Origin: an uncultured delta proteobacterium
GTDB lineage: Bacteria; Desulfobacterota; Binatia; Binatales; Binataceae
Assembly (NCBI GenBank): GCA_963765675.1
Contig: CAVXXK010000006.1
Location: 416,001 to 480,000 of the forward strand
DNA: 64,000 nt
Direction of reading: 5' to 3'
Part shown: in pieces, positions 9,071-19,667 of the stretch
Layout of the letters: each line of letters opens with the position of its first letter
Position numbering within the stretch: the stretch's first letter is position 1
Program-made: the position numbers and the translations under genes
The notes under the pieces: model-generated
Told to the model about the DNA's origin: nothing
Seen by the model: the letters and a program-made list of their open reading frames with translations, nothing else
The model's database searches: none

Positions 9071-10198
9071 CTACTTCTCCGCGACCAACTCGATGCTCGC
9101 GAGCAATTCGCGCTCGTGCCGCTGCCAGGTGAACTGGCGCGCGGTTGCAAGCGCGATCGGCGCAAGTGCCTCACGCGCCGTGAGCATCGTGCCCAGCCTG
9201 ATCGTCACTTCGTTTACGTCGGCGGGGTTTTCCACGACTGCCGATTGCAGCGCGGGCGGCATCAGCTCCGCAACTCCGCACGCCGCGCTGGTCAGTGCTG
9301 GAATTCCGCACGCCATCGCCTCAAGCGCGACGTTTCCGAAAGGCTCGAACAAGGACGGAAACGCAAACGCATCGGCGGCTTGAAAGAGTTGCTCGACGTT
9401 CGACACCGCGCCGGCGAAAATCACGCGATGCTGAATTCCCAGGCGCGCCGCGCGACGCTCGTACGCCGCTGCGGCCCGATCGTTCCCGATGACGATCAGA
9501 TAAGGATCGTTGGCCAGCCCAGGTATTGCCTCGAGCAACGCTCCGAGTCCCTTGCGCGCAAATCCGTTGCCCACGAAAGCGATCAGCACCGCCTCGGCCG
9601 GGATTCCGTAGCGCATCCGAATCTCCGCGCGCGTCGATGAAGTCGCCGCGGGCTTGAAGCGCTCGAGATCGACGCCGTTATACAGCGTCACGACGCGCGT
9701 CGGTGAAATTCCGAAGCTCCGCACCAGATCGTCTCGGACCAGGTTGGATACCGCGATGACGCGTTTGAGCTTGGGCGAGCGGAAGCCCTGCCGCTCGACG
9801 ATCATTTGCGTCCGATGGTACGGCGACAGGCGCATCGCTTGTGCCCGCAGCGTCCCCCGCCACAGATGAGCTGCCCGCACGTACGATACATGCGCGCCGC
9901 CGCCCGAGCGCAGGATATCGGCGCCGATCGTCCGCGCGAAACTCAGGACGAGTTCAGCGCCGTCACGACGCGCCAGCGCGGGCGCAGTATACGCGAATCG
10001 CATCAGCGCGATCGCGCGCGGCAGAGACCCGCCGCCCACCCAGCGCACTTCGACGCCTGATGCGCTGGCGCGAACCTCGTCGGCATAGACAGTGATCTGA
10101 TGGCCCGCCCGCGCGAGAATGCCCGCCGTGACCATCAGGTCGCGCTCGGTGCCGCCACCAGCAGGGTCGAAGCGGCGCGCCAGTAGGGCTATGCGCAT
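9071..10198 (-). CDS. Glycosyltransferase family 4 (RfaG/WaaG-like)
   Basis: GGTER, YNGVD, GNGFARKG, PSLFEPFGNVALEAMACG (EX7E). Confidence 0.9.
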   Translation of the reverse strand: MRIALLARRFDPAGGGTERDLMVTAGILARAGHQITVYADEVRASASGVEVRWVGGGSLPRAIALMRFAYTAPALARRDGAELVLSFARTIGADILRSGGGAHVSYVRAAHLWRGTLRAQAMRLSPYHRTQMIVERQGFRSPKLKRVIAVSNLVRDDLVRSFGISPTRVVTLYNGVDLERFKPAATSSTRAEIRMRYGIPAEAVLIAFVGNGFARKGLGALLEAIPGLANDPYLIVIGNDRAAAAYERRAARLGIQHRVIFAGAVSNVEQLFQAADAFAFPSLFEPFGNVALEAMACGIPALTSAACGVAELMPPALQSAVVENPADVNEVTIRLGTMLTAREALAPIALATARQFTWQRHERELLASIELVAEK

Positions 10199-10281
10199 CG
10201 CGCGAGCCTCGATTCGCGCATGATCGTGTCGTGCGCGGCGGTTCCACGTATGCTAAATTTTTTAGCGGGCTGTGAGGTGCG

Positions 10282-11571
10282 GTGATGATCGAGATTCAAT
10301 GCACTAGCTGTCATACGCGATACAGAATCGACGAGCGAGTGCTGCCGGACGACACTCCGACTTTCAAGTGCTCGCGATGCGGCCACGTTTTCAACGCTGA
10401 TCCGGTCGCCGCGCGCCCGAAGAAAGCGGCGGTCCGCGATATCTCGAGCGCCGCACCGCGTCCACAACGCTTCGAGCGCGCGCCCTCCCCGCCTGTGCCT
10501 TCCGAGCCTGAGCCCGAACCAGACGCCGCGCCGGAGCAGGTCCGGCCTGCGCGCGCTGACGAAGGCGATGAACCGAAGGCGGACGAGCCCTCGACCGACG
10601 ATTTGATGAACCGCCCGTTCTCGCGCGAGCCTGACGAGCCGGACCCGGGCGAGAATCTCAAATTTGATTTCAGTGACGAAGGAAAAATCTCCGGTGAGGA
10701 GGAAGAGGCGCGCCGTGAACGCGAGAAGCATGAACGCGATGAGCGCCATGAGTTCGATCGGAACAGCGACGATTGGCAGGTCGGCGACACGCCCGAAGAT
10801 TTCGCGGCTGCCATGGCCGCGATACCTCCTGCTCCAATTGAAATGGCGCCTACGCCGCTGCCGCGCCTGGTCCCGCACGCCGACGAAGTTCCGTTCGCAC
10901 AGCCCCGATTCACTGCGGAGGCGAGCGGCGCGCGCACTTCGATTGTCGAGCGAGGTCTTATCTCCGACCGCCTGCCCGACGACGTTGCGTATATCGAATC
11001 GCGGGGCTCGACGCACTCCGCCGGTATGTTTATCGCGGGTTTCTTTCTGGTTGCGGTCGCCTTCGGCCTGGTCAGCATGGTGATTTGCGGAGAACCCGCC
11101 GCAAGCGCGCGGATGCTGACGCAGGTCCCGGGTTTTGGTGCGCGATTCACCCGCCCAATAGTCCCCGCAACCCTGGTTGCGCTGCGCGACGTGCGTGCGC
11201 AGTACCTGCCGATCAAGGGCGGCGCACATGCGCTGATGGTGAGCGGCACCGCGGAGAACGTCGGCAACGATCCGCTTCACGGCATTCTCATCGCGGTGGA
11301 TTTGCTCGACGGAGCGCAGCGCCAGATCGCGGGACAGGCGTCGTATTGCGGCAACGGCCTGTCCGAGAAAATGGTGGGAGAGATGACGCCGCGCGAAATC
11401 GAATTCCTGCAGCGCCTCGATCCGCAGAAAAATTTCGCGGTCGCCGCGGCGCACTCGGCGCCGTTCCTGATGGTCTTTATCGATCCGCCGCGGCAAACGG
11501 CCACGCTCAGGATCTCGGTGGCCAAGGCGGTTGCCTCAACGGTGCCCGCCGAACCCGCGCCGCGCACGTAA
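10282..11571 (+). CDS. MJ0042-type zinc-ribbon membrane protein with DUF3426-like C-terminal domain
   Basis: CTSC...FKCSRCGHVF zinc ribbon, acidic/Pro-rich linker, one TM helix, beta-rich C-terminal domain. Confidence 0.8.
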   Translation: MMIEIQCTSCHTRYRIDERVLPDDTPTFKCSRCGHVFNADPVAARPKKAAVRDISSAAPRPQRFERAPSPPVPSEPEPEPDAAPEQVRPARADEGDEPKADEPSTDDLMNRPFSREPDEPDPGENLKFDFSDEGKISGEEEEARREREKHERDERHEFDRNSDDWQVGDTPEDFAAAMAAIPPAPIEMAPTPLPRLVPHADEVPFAQPRFTAEASGARTSIVERGLISDRLPDDVAYIESRGSTHSAGMFIAGFFLVAVAFGLVSMVICGEPAASARMLTQVPGFGARFTRPIVPATLVALRDVRAQYLPIKGGAHALMVSGTAENVGNDPLHGILIAVDLLDGAQRQIAGQASYCGNGLSEKMVGEMTPREIEFLQRLDPQKNFAVAAAHSAPFLMVFIDPPRQTATLRISVAKAVASTVPAEPAPRT

Positions 11572-11574
11572 GCG

Positions 11575-11964
11575 CTATTCCTTTTCGCGCGCGACCAGCT
11601 CGGCGTATTCGTCGGCATCCATCAGGTCTTCGAGATCGGTCGGATCGCTCACCCGCACCTTGATCAGCCAGCCGTCGCCGTACGGATCTTCGTTGACCAC
11701 TTCCGGCGTGTCGGGCAAATCTTCGTTGACCTCGATCACCGTGCCGCTCACCGGCGCGTAAATGTCCGAGACCGCCTTGACCGACTCGACCACTCCGAAC
11801 GGATCATCCTTGCTGATCTTCTCGCCGACCGCTGGAAGCTCGATATAGACAATTTCGCCCAGTTGTTCCTGCGCGTGATCGGAAATGCCAACGGTCGCGA
11901 CGGAGTCCTCGGTCGTGACCCATTCGTGCTCTTTGGAAAATTTGAGTCCCTGTGGGATCTCCAT
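11575..11964 (-). CDS. gcvH: Glycine cleavage system H protein
   Basis: FSKEHEW, GISDHAQEQLGEIVYIELP, VESVKAVSD (lipoyl-Lys), NEDPYGDGW. Confidence 0.96.
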   Translation of the reverse strand: MEIPQGLKFSKEHEWVTTEDSVATVGISDHAQEQLGEIVYIELPAVGEKISKDDPFGVVESVKAVSDIYAPVSGTVIEVNEDLPDTPEVVNEDPYGDGWLIKVRVSDPTDLEDLMDADEYAELVAREKE

Positions 11965-12213
11965 GACTCCTCCCCGCTTCCGGGATCTCTCGCGCATGCC
12001 GCCCGCGGATTTTTGATTCGCTTGAGCCGCGCGATCCCTCCAATTCATCAAGCGCGGCGCAATTCCTCTTGTCAAGTTCCTAACTCATCCTGATCGCGCG
12101 CCCGATCTGATTGCAAGTCTTGACTGATGGGCGGCTCAAGTATCGCGATTCGTGTAACATGAGTGACCGAAAAAAAGGGCGCGGCCGAACGCGCCGGGCA
12201 AGGAGATGCCGCG

Positions 12214-13320
12214 ATGCTGATTGGCGTTCCGACCGAGATCAAATCCGACGAACGGCGGGTTTCACTAACCCCGGCCGGCGCCGCCGCGTTTCGCACGCAC
12301 GGTCATCGAGTCGTCGTGCAAAGCGGCGCGGGCATCGGCAGCGGTTTCAGCGACGGAGATTATCGCCGCGCGGGCGCCACGATCGTGAATGGCGCGGCGC
12401 AGGTGTGGTCGCGCGCCGCGATGGTGCTGAAGGTCAAGGAGCCGCAACCCTCTGAGTTCCACCTGATGCGCGCGGAGCAGATCCTGTTTACCTATCTCCA
12501 TCTCGCGCCCGATCGGCGGCTGACCGATGCGATGCTCTCGCGGCGTGTCACCGGAATCGGCTACGAAACCATCCAGCTCGAAGACGGAAGTCTGCCGCTG
12601 CTCGCGCCGATGAGCGAAGTCGCGGGCCGTCTTGCGATCCAATGCGGCTCGTGGTGCCTCCAATCACGCAACGGCGGACGCGGAGTCCTGCTGAGCGGCG
12701 CTCCGGGAGTCAGGCCGGGCAAAATAGTAGTGCTGGGCGGAGGAATCGCGGGCTTCAACGCCTGCCGGGTCGCGGCGGGGATAGGAGCCGAGGTGACGAT
12801 ACTCGACGTGAATCCCTCGCGCCTGCGCTACCTTAGCGATCTGCTCGCCGGCACGGCGACCACGGTGATGTCCAATCGCGCGTCGCTGCAGGAAGAAGTC
12901 TGTCAGGCGGATCTGGTGATTGGCGCGGTGCTGGTTGCCGGCGCGCGCACGCCGCGGCTGCTGTCTGCCGCTCTTGTCGCGAAGATGAAACCGGGCGCCG
13001 CGATCGTCGATCTGTCGATTGACCAGGGCGGGATTTCGGAGACCTCGCGTCCCACCACTCACGGCAAGCCGACCTTCATCAAGAACGGCGTCGTGCACTA
13101 CTGCGTAACCAACATGCCCGCGATGGTGCCGCATACATCCACTTATGCGCTCACCAACGCGACGCTGACCTATGCGCTGGATATCGCGGATCACGGACTG
13201 CTCGAGGCAGGACGCGCGAACCGAGCGATCCGCCACGGCCTCAATACCTACGACGGCTACGTAGCGCATCCTGCGGTAGCGCAAGCACTGCGGATGAAAT
13301 CCCACTCCCCTTGGGACTGA
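12214..13320 (+). CDS. ald: Alanine dehydrogenase
   Basis: IGVPTEIK..ERRV, LKVKEP, FTYLHLA, PLLAPMSEVAGR, IDQGG, HYCVTNMP. RBS AGGAG at 12201. Confidence 0.95.
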   Translation: MLIGVPTEIKSDERRVSLTPAGAAAFRTHGHRVVVQSGAGIGSGFSDGDYRRAGATIVNGAAQVWSRAAMVLKVKEPQPSEFHLMRAEQILFTYLHLAPDRRLTDAMLSRRVTGIGYETIQLEDGSLPLLAPMSEVAGRLAIQCGSWCLQSRNGGRGVLLSGAPGVRPGKIVVLGGGIAGFNACRVAAGIGAEVTILDVNPSRLRYLSDLLAGTATTVMSNRASLQEEVCQADLVIGAVLVAGARTPRLLSAALVAKMKPGAAIVDLSIDQGGISETSRPTTHGKPTFIKNGVVHYCVTNMPAMVPHTSTYALTNATLTYALDIADHGLLEAGRANRAIRHGLNTYDGYVAHPAVAQALRMKSHSPWD

Positions 13321-13345
13321 TAACTCGCTCCGCGTCCCTGTTTTT

Positions 13346-13380
13346 CACCTCGCCCTCAAAGGGAGAGGCCGGGTGAGGGT
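13346..13380. repeat. CCTCGCCC..GGGAGAGG.GGGTGAGGG-type intergenic palindrome
   Basis: CACCTCGCCCTCAAAGGGAGAGGCCGGGTGAGGGT between convergent ald and lipoprotein genes; single copy in this window. Confidence 0.45.
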
Positions 13381-13455
13381 CATTTTTCAGCGCAGCGCGA
13401 AAGCGACGTGCGATTCAAAGAAAGAAACTATGGTCGCGGGCACGCGGTCAGTAGT

Positions 13456-14268
13456 CTAGTACAACCCGTTGGCGCCGTTGCCGGAATTGTAACGCTGCTG
13501 TCCGGATTTTTGCTGGCCGTAGCTGCCGGTCTCGAAGCGTTTGACATTCTTCTCCAGATTCAAATCGCCGTGCAGATCGGCGACCGCCTGCTGCACGCCC
13601 TCCTGCGCGATCTCGTTGGCGCGGACCCATCGCCCCGAGGTCTGCACGAAGTTCACCAGGTTGAAAATATTCTGCGACAGCGCCTTCTGCGACTTCGCGA
13701 AGCGCGCGGTCCACACGACTTGCTTGCTCTTGGTATCGACGAATTTCAGCTCGAAGGTCACCGACGCCGGCTCCGCGGAGGCATACGCAAGCCCGACGCG
13801 CTCCTTGTAGCGCTCGACCTTGCCGTACAGTACGCCGTCGGCGGAAACCTGGTGCCCGAGTTCGAGCGCGTTCTGATCGAGATTGTCCACCGTCGTCGGC
13901 GGCATCTTCTGCATCGCCTGCGCGACGTCGTCTTGCGGGATCAATTCCCATCCTCCCGCGACTGCGACTTGGCTGTAGAGCTCCGCGGTAATTGAGTCGC
14001 CCGCTCCTGGAGCCAATGATTCGTCTCCCGGCGGAGGCGCGTCGATAATCGGCATGACCGCGATCTGGTTGATGGTGATCGTCTTGATCGAGCGCACCGC
14101 GTGGGTCGTCACGTCCTTGGGCGCCAGGTCGGAAACCGTCTGCTTGGCACCCTCGAAGGTATCGCTCGCTATCGGAACGCATCCGGATGCCGCGAAGGCC
14201 ATCGCCAGCCCCATCGCGAGGCCGGTCGCGATCGCTACCACTGTTCGGGCGATTCGGTTCGTCGTCAT
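13456..14268 (-). CDS. Putative lipoprotein (GNA1162/DUF799-like)
   Basis: Signal peptide with ASGC lipobox, IAVMP, ADGVLYGKV. Start overlaps the aspS stop (ATGA). Confidence 0.7.
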   Translation of the reverse strand: MTTNRIARTVVAIATGLAMGLAMAFAASGCVPIASDTFEGAKQTVSDLAPKDVTTHAVRSIKTITINQIAVMPIIDAPPPGDESLAPGAGDSITAELYSQVAVAGGWELIPQDDVAQAMQKMPPTTVDNLDQNALELGHQVSADGVLYGKVERYKERVGLAYASAEPASVTFELKFVDTKSKQVVWTARFAKSQKALSQNIFNLVNFVQTSGRWVRANEIAQEGVQQAVADLHGDLNLEKNVKRFETGSYGQQKSGQQRYNSGNGANGLY

Positions 14269-16058
14269 GACGTCACCTTGATCGACAACTCGCGGAGCTG
14301 GCGCGGATCTACTTCCGAGGGTGCGCCGCTCATCGGATCTATCGCCTTCTGCGTCTTTGGAAACGCGATCACGTCGCGCAGCGAATCAGTTCCGCACAGC
14401 ATCATGCACAGCCGATCGACGCCGAACGCGCATCCACCGTGCGGCGGCGCTCCGTACCCCAGCGCTTCCATCAGAAAACCGAAACGATCCACCGCTTCTT
14501 CCCGCGTGAGTCCCAGCAACTCAAATACCTTAAGCTGAAGTTCACGGCTATGGATACGGATCGAACCTCCGCCCAACTCCTGCCCATTGAGGACCATGTC
14601 GTATGCGATCGCGCGCGCGCGCGTCGGTGCCGAGTCGAGCATCAGCAGGTCGTCGGGATGCGGCGCCGTGAACGGATGGTTTACCGAGACCAGGCGCTTA
14701 TCTTCTTCGCTGTACTCGAACAGCGGAAAATCGACGACCCACAAAAAATTGAGATCCTCCTTATTCGCGAGCGCAAACTTCGCCCCGAGCTGCAGGCGCA
14801 GATCGCCCAGAATCGGCCGAACCTTTTCCGGCGCGCCCGCCATCAAGAGCATCGTGTCGCCGGTTTTCAGATCCGCGACCGTGGCCGCGCTCGCGCGCTC
14901 GGCGCCAGTCAGAAATTTCGCGATAGGACCCTGCCAAGCAGCGTCCTGCACTTTGATCCACGCAAGTCCCATCGAGTAGCGAGTGCGGACGGCTTCCGTC
15001 ATCTCGTCGAGTTCGCGGCGGCTGAGCTGATTCGCTGCGGGCAGATTGATCGCGTACACCGCACCGCCCTGCGCTATCACTTCGGCGAAAACCTTGAACG
15101 AGGTCGCGGCGAACGCCGCGGTGAGGTTCTTTATCTCCAGTCCGAAACGCATGTCAGGTTTGTCGCTGCCGAAACGCTCCATCGTGTCCGCGTACGGGAT
15201 TCGGATAAACGGCGGCTTGATATCGATCTCGAGCACCCGCTGGTACGCTGCGGCGATCATCCCTTCTGCGATCGATTGCACGTCCTCAGGCCGCGGACAG
15301 GTCATCTCGAGATCGATCTGGCTGAACTCGGGCTGGCGATTCGCGCGCAAGTCCTCGTCCCGGAAGCATCGTGCGATCTGGTAGTAGCGATCGAGTCCGC
15401 CGATCATCAGAATCTGCTTCAGGATCTGCGGCGATTGCGGCAACGCATAAAATTTGCCGGGATTGACGCGGCTCGGCACCAGGTAGTCGCGCGCGCCTTC
15501 AGGCGTGGACTTGAAAAGAATCGGCGTCTCGACGTCGATAAAACCCTGGTCGTCGAGAAAATTGCGGATCGCCTGCAGCGCCTGATGCCGCCAGCGCAGA
15601 TTCCGTTGCATCGCGGGGCGCCGCAAATCGAGATAGCGATACTTGAGACGAGTCTCTTCGGCGGCGGTATCCTCGTCGCCGATCGGAAACGGCGGCGGCG
15701 GCGAGACGTTCATGATCTCGAACGTGCTGACCGCGATTTCGATCTCGCCGGTCGGCAATTCGGCGTTGATAGTGCTGTCGGAACGGCGCACCACGGTTCC
15801 ACGCACCGCGACGAAAAATTCGCTGCGCGCCTCCGCGCCCGTTGCGTGCGATTTCGCGTCGCGCTCGGGATTGAGCACGAGCTGCACCAGGCCCTCGCGG
15901 TCGCGAAGATCGATAAAGATTAGTCCGCCGTGGTCGCGGCGGGTTTGAACCCATCCGTAAAGCGCGACCTCGCGCCCGGTGTCTGCCGCGCGCAGCGTGC
16001 CGCAATAATCGGTGCGCGGCCACGGCGGCAGCGGTGAATATGTTTCTGCTTTGGGCAT
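14265..16058 (-). CDS. aspS: Aspartate--tRNA ligase
   Basis: RRDHGGLIFIDLRD, RLKYRYLDLR, STPEGARDY, ALPQSPQ, CFRDEDLR, ELGGGSIRIH, PPHGG. Confidence 0.97.
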   Translation of the reverse strand: MPKAETYSPLPPWPRTDYCGTLRAADTGREVALYGWVQTRRDHGGLIFIDLRDREGLVQLVLNPERDAKSHATGAEARSEFFVAVRGTVVRRSDSTINAELPTGEIEIAVSTFEIMNVSPPPPFPIGDEDTAAEETRLKYRYLDLRRPAMQRNLRWRHQALQAIRNFLDDQGFIDVETPILFKSTPEGARDYLVPSRVNPGKFYALPQSPQILKQILMIGGLDRYYQIARCFRDEDLRANRQPEFSQIDLEMTCPRPEDVQSIAEGMIAAAYQRVLEIDIKPPFIRIPYADTMERFGSDKPDMRFGLEIKNLTAAFAATSFKVFAEVIAQGGAVYAINLPAANQLSRRELDEMTEAVRTRYSMGLAWIKVQDAAWQGPIAKFLTGAERASAATVADLKTGDTMLLMAGAPEKVRPILGDLRLQLGAKFALANKEDLNFLWVVDFPLFEYSEEDKRLVSVNHPFTAPHPDDLLMLDSAPTRARAIAYDMVLNGQELGGGSIRIHSRELQLKVFELLGLTREEAVDRFGFLMEALGYGAPPHGGCAFGVDRLCMMLCGTDSLRDVIAFPKTQKAIDPMSGAPSEVDPRQLRELSIKVTS

Positions 16059-16120
16059 TGGCTCCGTAGCTCGGGAAAGTCTCCGCGCAGGATACCTGCG
16101 CCATCGAGCGCAAGGAATAG

Positions 16121-17371
16121 TCAGGATTTATTCGCGATCGCGTCCGCCAAGTCGGCCACCGCAACTTCACGCTGCTGGCCGGAACCGAGGTCTTTTAGCT
16201 GGACGACGCCACGCGCGAGTTCGTTGTCGCCGACGATCACGGCGAAGCGCGCGCCGATCTTCGCCGCTCGCGCGAGCAAAGGCTTGAGCTTGCGCTCAGG
16301 CGACCCCATCTCGATCCGAAGATTGTTCCGGCGCAGTTCTCGCACCATCGCGACCGCGCTTGCGAGCGCGTTTGCGCCCATCGCAATCACCATCGCATCC
16401 GGCTTCGCGGCCGGAACCAGCCCAGCGGCTTCGAGCGCGATCGCCATTCGATCGACGCCCATCCCGAAGCCGATTCCCGCGATCGCCGCGCCGCCCATCG
16501 CCTCAACCAGGCCGTCATAGCGTCCGCCGCCGATCACGGTGCTCTGCGCTCCCAATCCTTCAGCCATAAACTCGAACGCGGTGCGCGTGTAGTAGTCCAG
16601 TCCGCGCACCAGTCGCGGATTGATCGTCGTGTCGACGCCGGCCGCGGATGCAAGCGTGCGGACGGTGTCGAAGTGGACGCGGCAGTCGTCGCACAGGTAG
16701 TCGAGGCTCGACGGCGCCGAAGCGGCGAGCTTCACGTCGATCTTGCAATCGAGCAGGCGCAGCGGATTTCGATCGATTCGGTTGTGGCAATCGGCGCAAA
16801 GCTGGTCCAGATGCGCCCGGCCCCACTCGACGAGCGCTGCGCGAAATGCGGGACGGCAGGTCGCATCGCCGATCGAGTTGACCTCGCATCGCGTGGCGAT
16901 TCCGAGGCTCTTGCAGATCTCGTCGGCCATCACGAGCATCTCAGCGTCGCACGCGGGGTCAGTACGGCCGAAGACCTCGACGCCGAATTGATAGAACTGC
17001 CGGTAGCGTCCTTTTTGCGGGCGCTCGCGGCGGAACACCGGTCCCGAATAGAAGAAGCGCTGCTCGGGGTCGCTGCGGTCAAGCCCCGCTTCGATGTAAG
17101 CGCGGACGACGCCCGGCGTTCCCTCAGGACGGAGCGCGACGGCAGTCTCCGACTCGTCGCGATCGGTGAACGAGTACATCTGCTTCTCGACGACATCGGA
17201 GGTCTCGCCGGTTGAGCGCGCGAACAGATCGATCCGTTCGAGCGCGGGAATCCGAATTTCAGCGTAGCCGTAGCGCTGCGCGATCTCGCGCGCGCGATCC
17301 TCGGCGAGACTCATCGCGCGCGCATCGACGCCAAGCAGATCGCGAAATCCTCTGAGTCGTGTGAGTTCCAA
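16121..17371 (-). CDS. hisS: Histidine--tRNA ligase
   Basis: LRPEGT, FRRERPQKGRYRQF, LVRGLDYY, GGGRYDGL; TTG start. Confidence 0.96.
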   Translation of the reverse strand: MELTRLRGFRDLLGVDARAMSLAEDRAREIAQRYGYAEIRIPALERIDLFARSTGETSDVVEKQMYSFTDRDESETAVALRPEGTPGVVRAYIEAGLDRSDPEQRFFYSGPVFRRERPQKGRYRQFYQFGVEVFGRTDPACDAEMLVMADEICKSLGIATRCEVNSIGDATCRPAFRAALVEWGRAHLDQLCADCHNRIDRNPLRLLDCKIDVKLAASAPSSLDYLCDDCRVHFDTVRTLASAAGVDTTINPRLVRGLDYYTRTAFEFMAEGLGAQSTVIGGGRYDGLVEAMGGAAIAGIGFGMGVDRMAIALEAAGLVPAAKPDAMVIAMGANALASAVAMVRELRRNNLRIEMGSPERKLKPLLARAAKIGARFAVIVGDNELARGVVQLKDLGSGQQREVAVADLADAIANKS

Positions 17372-17407
17372 GTTATCTAATTCCTGAGTTCTTCAACCCT
17401 ATGGATA

Positions 17408-17435
17408 GGGACGGCCGGCGAGACGCCGGTCCCAC
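17408..17435 (-). repeat. GTGG-tagged REP-like palindrome
   Basis: Minus strand GTGGGACCGGCGTCTCGCCGGCCGTCCC: GTRG tag plus GC-rich hairpin. Confidence 0.5.
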
Positions 17436-17444
17436 TGATTCAAA

Positions 17445-18329
17445 TCACGAATTTTTCCCGCGCATCGCGTCGCGGAGCTCGCGGTAGCCGATTAGCTTGA
17501 TTCCTTCGTCGGCGATCAGACGGCGCGCCTGCTCCGACGTGAAGAAGCGGAAGTCGGCCTCGCGTTGCTCCGGATCGTTGGCGCATCCGCGAAGCTCGGC
17601 GCGCGCGAGCGCCGGATGCGCGTACAGCTCCGAAATGCCCGGTCTGAGCGAGCGGATCGTGCTGGTCCAGAATTTCTCAGTCTCTTCGACCTTGCGCGGA
17701 GGATGCGCGACGAAATTATCGGGATAGAGAATCCCGTCGCGATCGAGACCCTCCAGAATCGCGTCGAAGCCCATCTTGTGCATGAAACGGCGCGGAGTCA
17801 TCCGGATCGGCAGCCGATAATCCCGCGCGAGCCGCCAGTAAATCTCGTGATAGTCGGCACGCAGATGCAGCGAACCCATGTGCGAGTCGATATGCGTCAC
17901 GTCGATCCCGGCGCCGAGCGCCCGGTCGATCTGCGCGCGCAATTCGCGCTCCGCCTCGTCCAGGCGGTCGTTCGCGTAGACCTGCGGAACGTCGGGCCAC
18001 AGGTAGCCGCGCTTGTCCGCGAGCGACGGAACCGCAGTGGCTCCCAGCACCGGGTCCCATTTGTAGGCCGGCCATTCGCTGGTGAGCGTCAGATGCACTC
18101 CCAAATCGGCGGCGGGATTCGCGCGCGCGAAGTCGGCGGCCTCTTCGAACCATGGACAAGTCGTCAGGATCGTCGAGGAGCTGAAGATCCCGGAGCCCAG
18201 CGCCTCGATCGTGGCTTCGTTTTCGTCGTGGCACATCCCGAAGTCGTCGGCATTGATGATCAGCAGGCGGGCGTCGCTTGGGTAGCCAAGCTTCTCAGCG
18301 GTGGATTTTTCCTGTGGCTGCTCGTCCAT
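17445..18329 (-). CDS. YdjC/ChbG-family polysaccharide deacetylase
   Basis: LIINADDFG, GVHLTLTSEW, THIDSHMG, ELYAHP. Confidence 0.9.
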   Translation of the reverse strand: MDEQPQEKSTAEKLGYPSDARLLIINADDFGMCHDENEATIEALGSGIFSSSTILTTCPWFEEAADFARANPAADLGVHLTLTSEWPAYKWDPVLGATAVPSLADKRGYLWPDVPQVYANDRLDEAERELRAQIDRALGAGIDVTHIDSHMGSLHLRADYHEIYWRLARDYRLPIRMTPRRFMHKMGFDAILEGLDRDGILYPDNFVAHPPRKVEETEKFWTSTIRSLRPGISELYAHPALARAELRGCANDPEQREADFRFFTSEQARRLIADEGIKLIGYRELRDAMRGKNS

Positions 18330-18365
18330 GAATCGGTACCGTTTGAATCTAAACGTGCGCGGCAC

Positions 18366-18400
18366 AAAGAAAAAGGGCCGCCTTTTCGGGCGGCCCCTTT
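18366..18400 (-). terminator. Intrinsic terminator downstream of thiolase
   Basis: GGGCCGCC/GGCGGCCC stem with a T-rich tail on the - strand. Confidence 0.75.
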
Positions 18401-18426
18401 AAGGTGCCGTTTAAGGCTCGAGTCGA

Positions 18427-19587
18427 TTAAATGGTCAGAATATTTATCGTGCAGGCGGAGCCGAGTCCGATAACGTGGGCCTGACCAGCCTTCGCATTGG
18501 GGACCTGGCGATCCTTCGCGCGTTCATCCTGGGTGAGATGCCACACCACCTCGCAGATATTCGCGACGCCCGTCGCGCCGAGAGGATGCCCCTTCGAGAG
18601 CAATCCGCCCGAGACGTTGACCGGAGCGAAGCCACCGAGGCTCGGATGCACCCCGCCCTTCTTGTCGATAAACTCACCCGCCTCGCCGTCGCCGCACAGG
18701 CCGAGGTTCTCGTAATGCACGAGTTCCGCGGTCGCGAAGCAATCGTGCAGTTCGGTCAAAGCGATATCCTTGGGTCCGATTCCGGCCTTCTCGTACGCGA
18801 GCTTCGAGGCTTTGCGCGTGAGCGTGCTCACGTCGGGCAGCGTCAGGTCGCGATCGGTATAAGGATCGGAGGTGAGCACCGAGGCCGCGATCTTCGGCCG
18901 CTTGCGTCCACCGGCGAGCTGCTTGAGCTTGTCTTCGGAGACCAGGATCGCAGCCGCGGCGCCGTCACCGGTCGGGCAACACATATAAAGGGTGTTGGGG
19001 AATCCGACCATGCGGGCGTTCATCACGTCTTCGAGCGTGACTTCGTTGCGATACTGCGAGAACGGATTCTTGGTCGCATGTTTGTGCGACTTCACCGAAA
19101 TCTTTGCGAAGTGTTCGAGCTTGGTGCCGTACTTGCGCATATGCTCGATTCCCGCCTGTCCGAACACCGCCGGCATCAGGCCCGAGCCGAGCTTACCCTC
19201 AGTCGCGTAGGCCGGGTCGCCGCCGCCCGCTCCGCCGAGCAGGCCCTGCTTACCCATCTGCTCGACGCCGACGGCCATCGTCACGTCGTACATACCCGAG
19301 GCAACCGCCATGTAGGCCTCGCGGAACGCCGTCGAGCCGGTAGCGCATGCGTTCGCGACGTTGATCACCGGAATTCCGGTCTGGCCGATCTGCTGCAGGA
19401 TCCGTTGTCCAACCATCGCGTTGGACTGGTAAAGATTTCCGCAGGCGAACATCTCGACGTCCTTGATCGCGACGCCGGCGTCCTTCATTGCAATCAACGC
19501 GGCCTCGCCGCCAAGCTCGGGAACAGTCTTCTCCGGGTAACGGCCGAACTTGATCATCCCGGTTCCAAGTACATAAACGTTTCTCAT
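18427..19587 (-). CDS. Thiolase family protein (SCP2/lipid-transfer-type)
   Basis: NACATG, DGAAA, ELHDCF, NVSGGLLSKGHPLGATG. Confidence 0.92.
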   Translation of the reverse strand: MRNVYVLGTGMIKFGRYPEKTVPELGGEAALIAMKDAGVAIKDVEMFACGNLYQSNAMVGQRILQQIGQTGIPVINVANACATGSTAFREAYMAVASGMYDVTMAVGVEQMGKQGLLGGAGGGDPAYATEGKLGSGLMPAVFGQAGIEHMRKYGTKLEHFAKISVKSHKHATKNPFSQYRNEVTLEDVMNARMVGFPNTLYMCCPTGDGAAAAILVSEDKLKQLAGGRKRPKIAASVLTSDPYTDRDLTLPDVSTLTRKASKLAYEKAGIGPKDIALTELHDCFATAELVHYENLGLCGDGEAGEFIDKKGGVHPSLGGFAPVNVSGGLLSKGHPLGATGVANICEVVWHLTQDERAKDRQVPNAKAGQAHVIGLGSACTINILTI

Positions 19588-19667
19588 TTCAAACCCTCCT
19601 GGCGGCCCGGCGCTGGGTCAGGTCCGTCGATTATTCGGGAAGCGCGTCTGATTAGGGCCGCGCGCCT

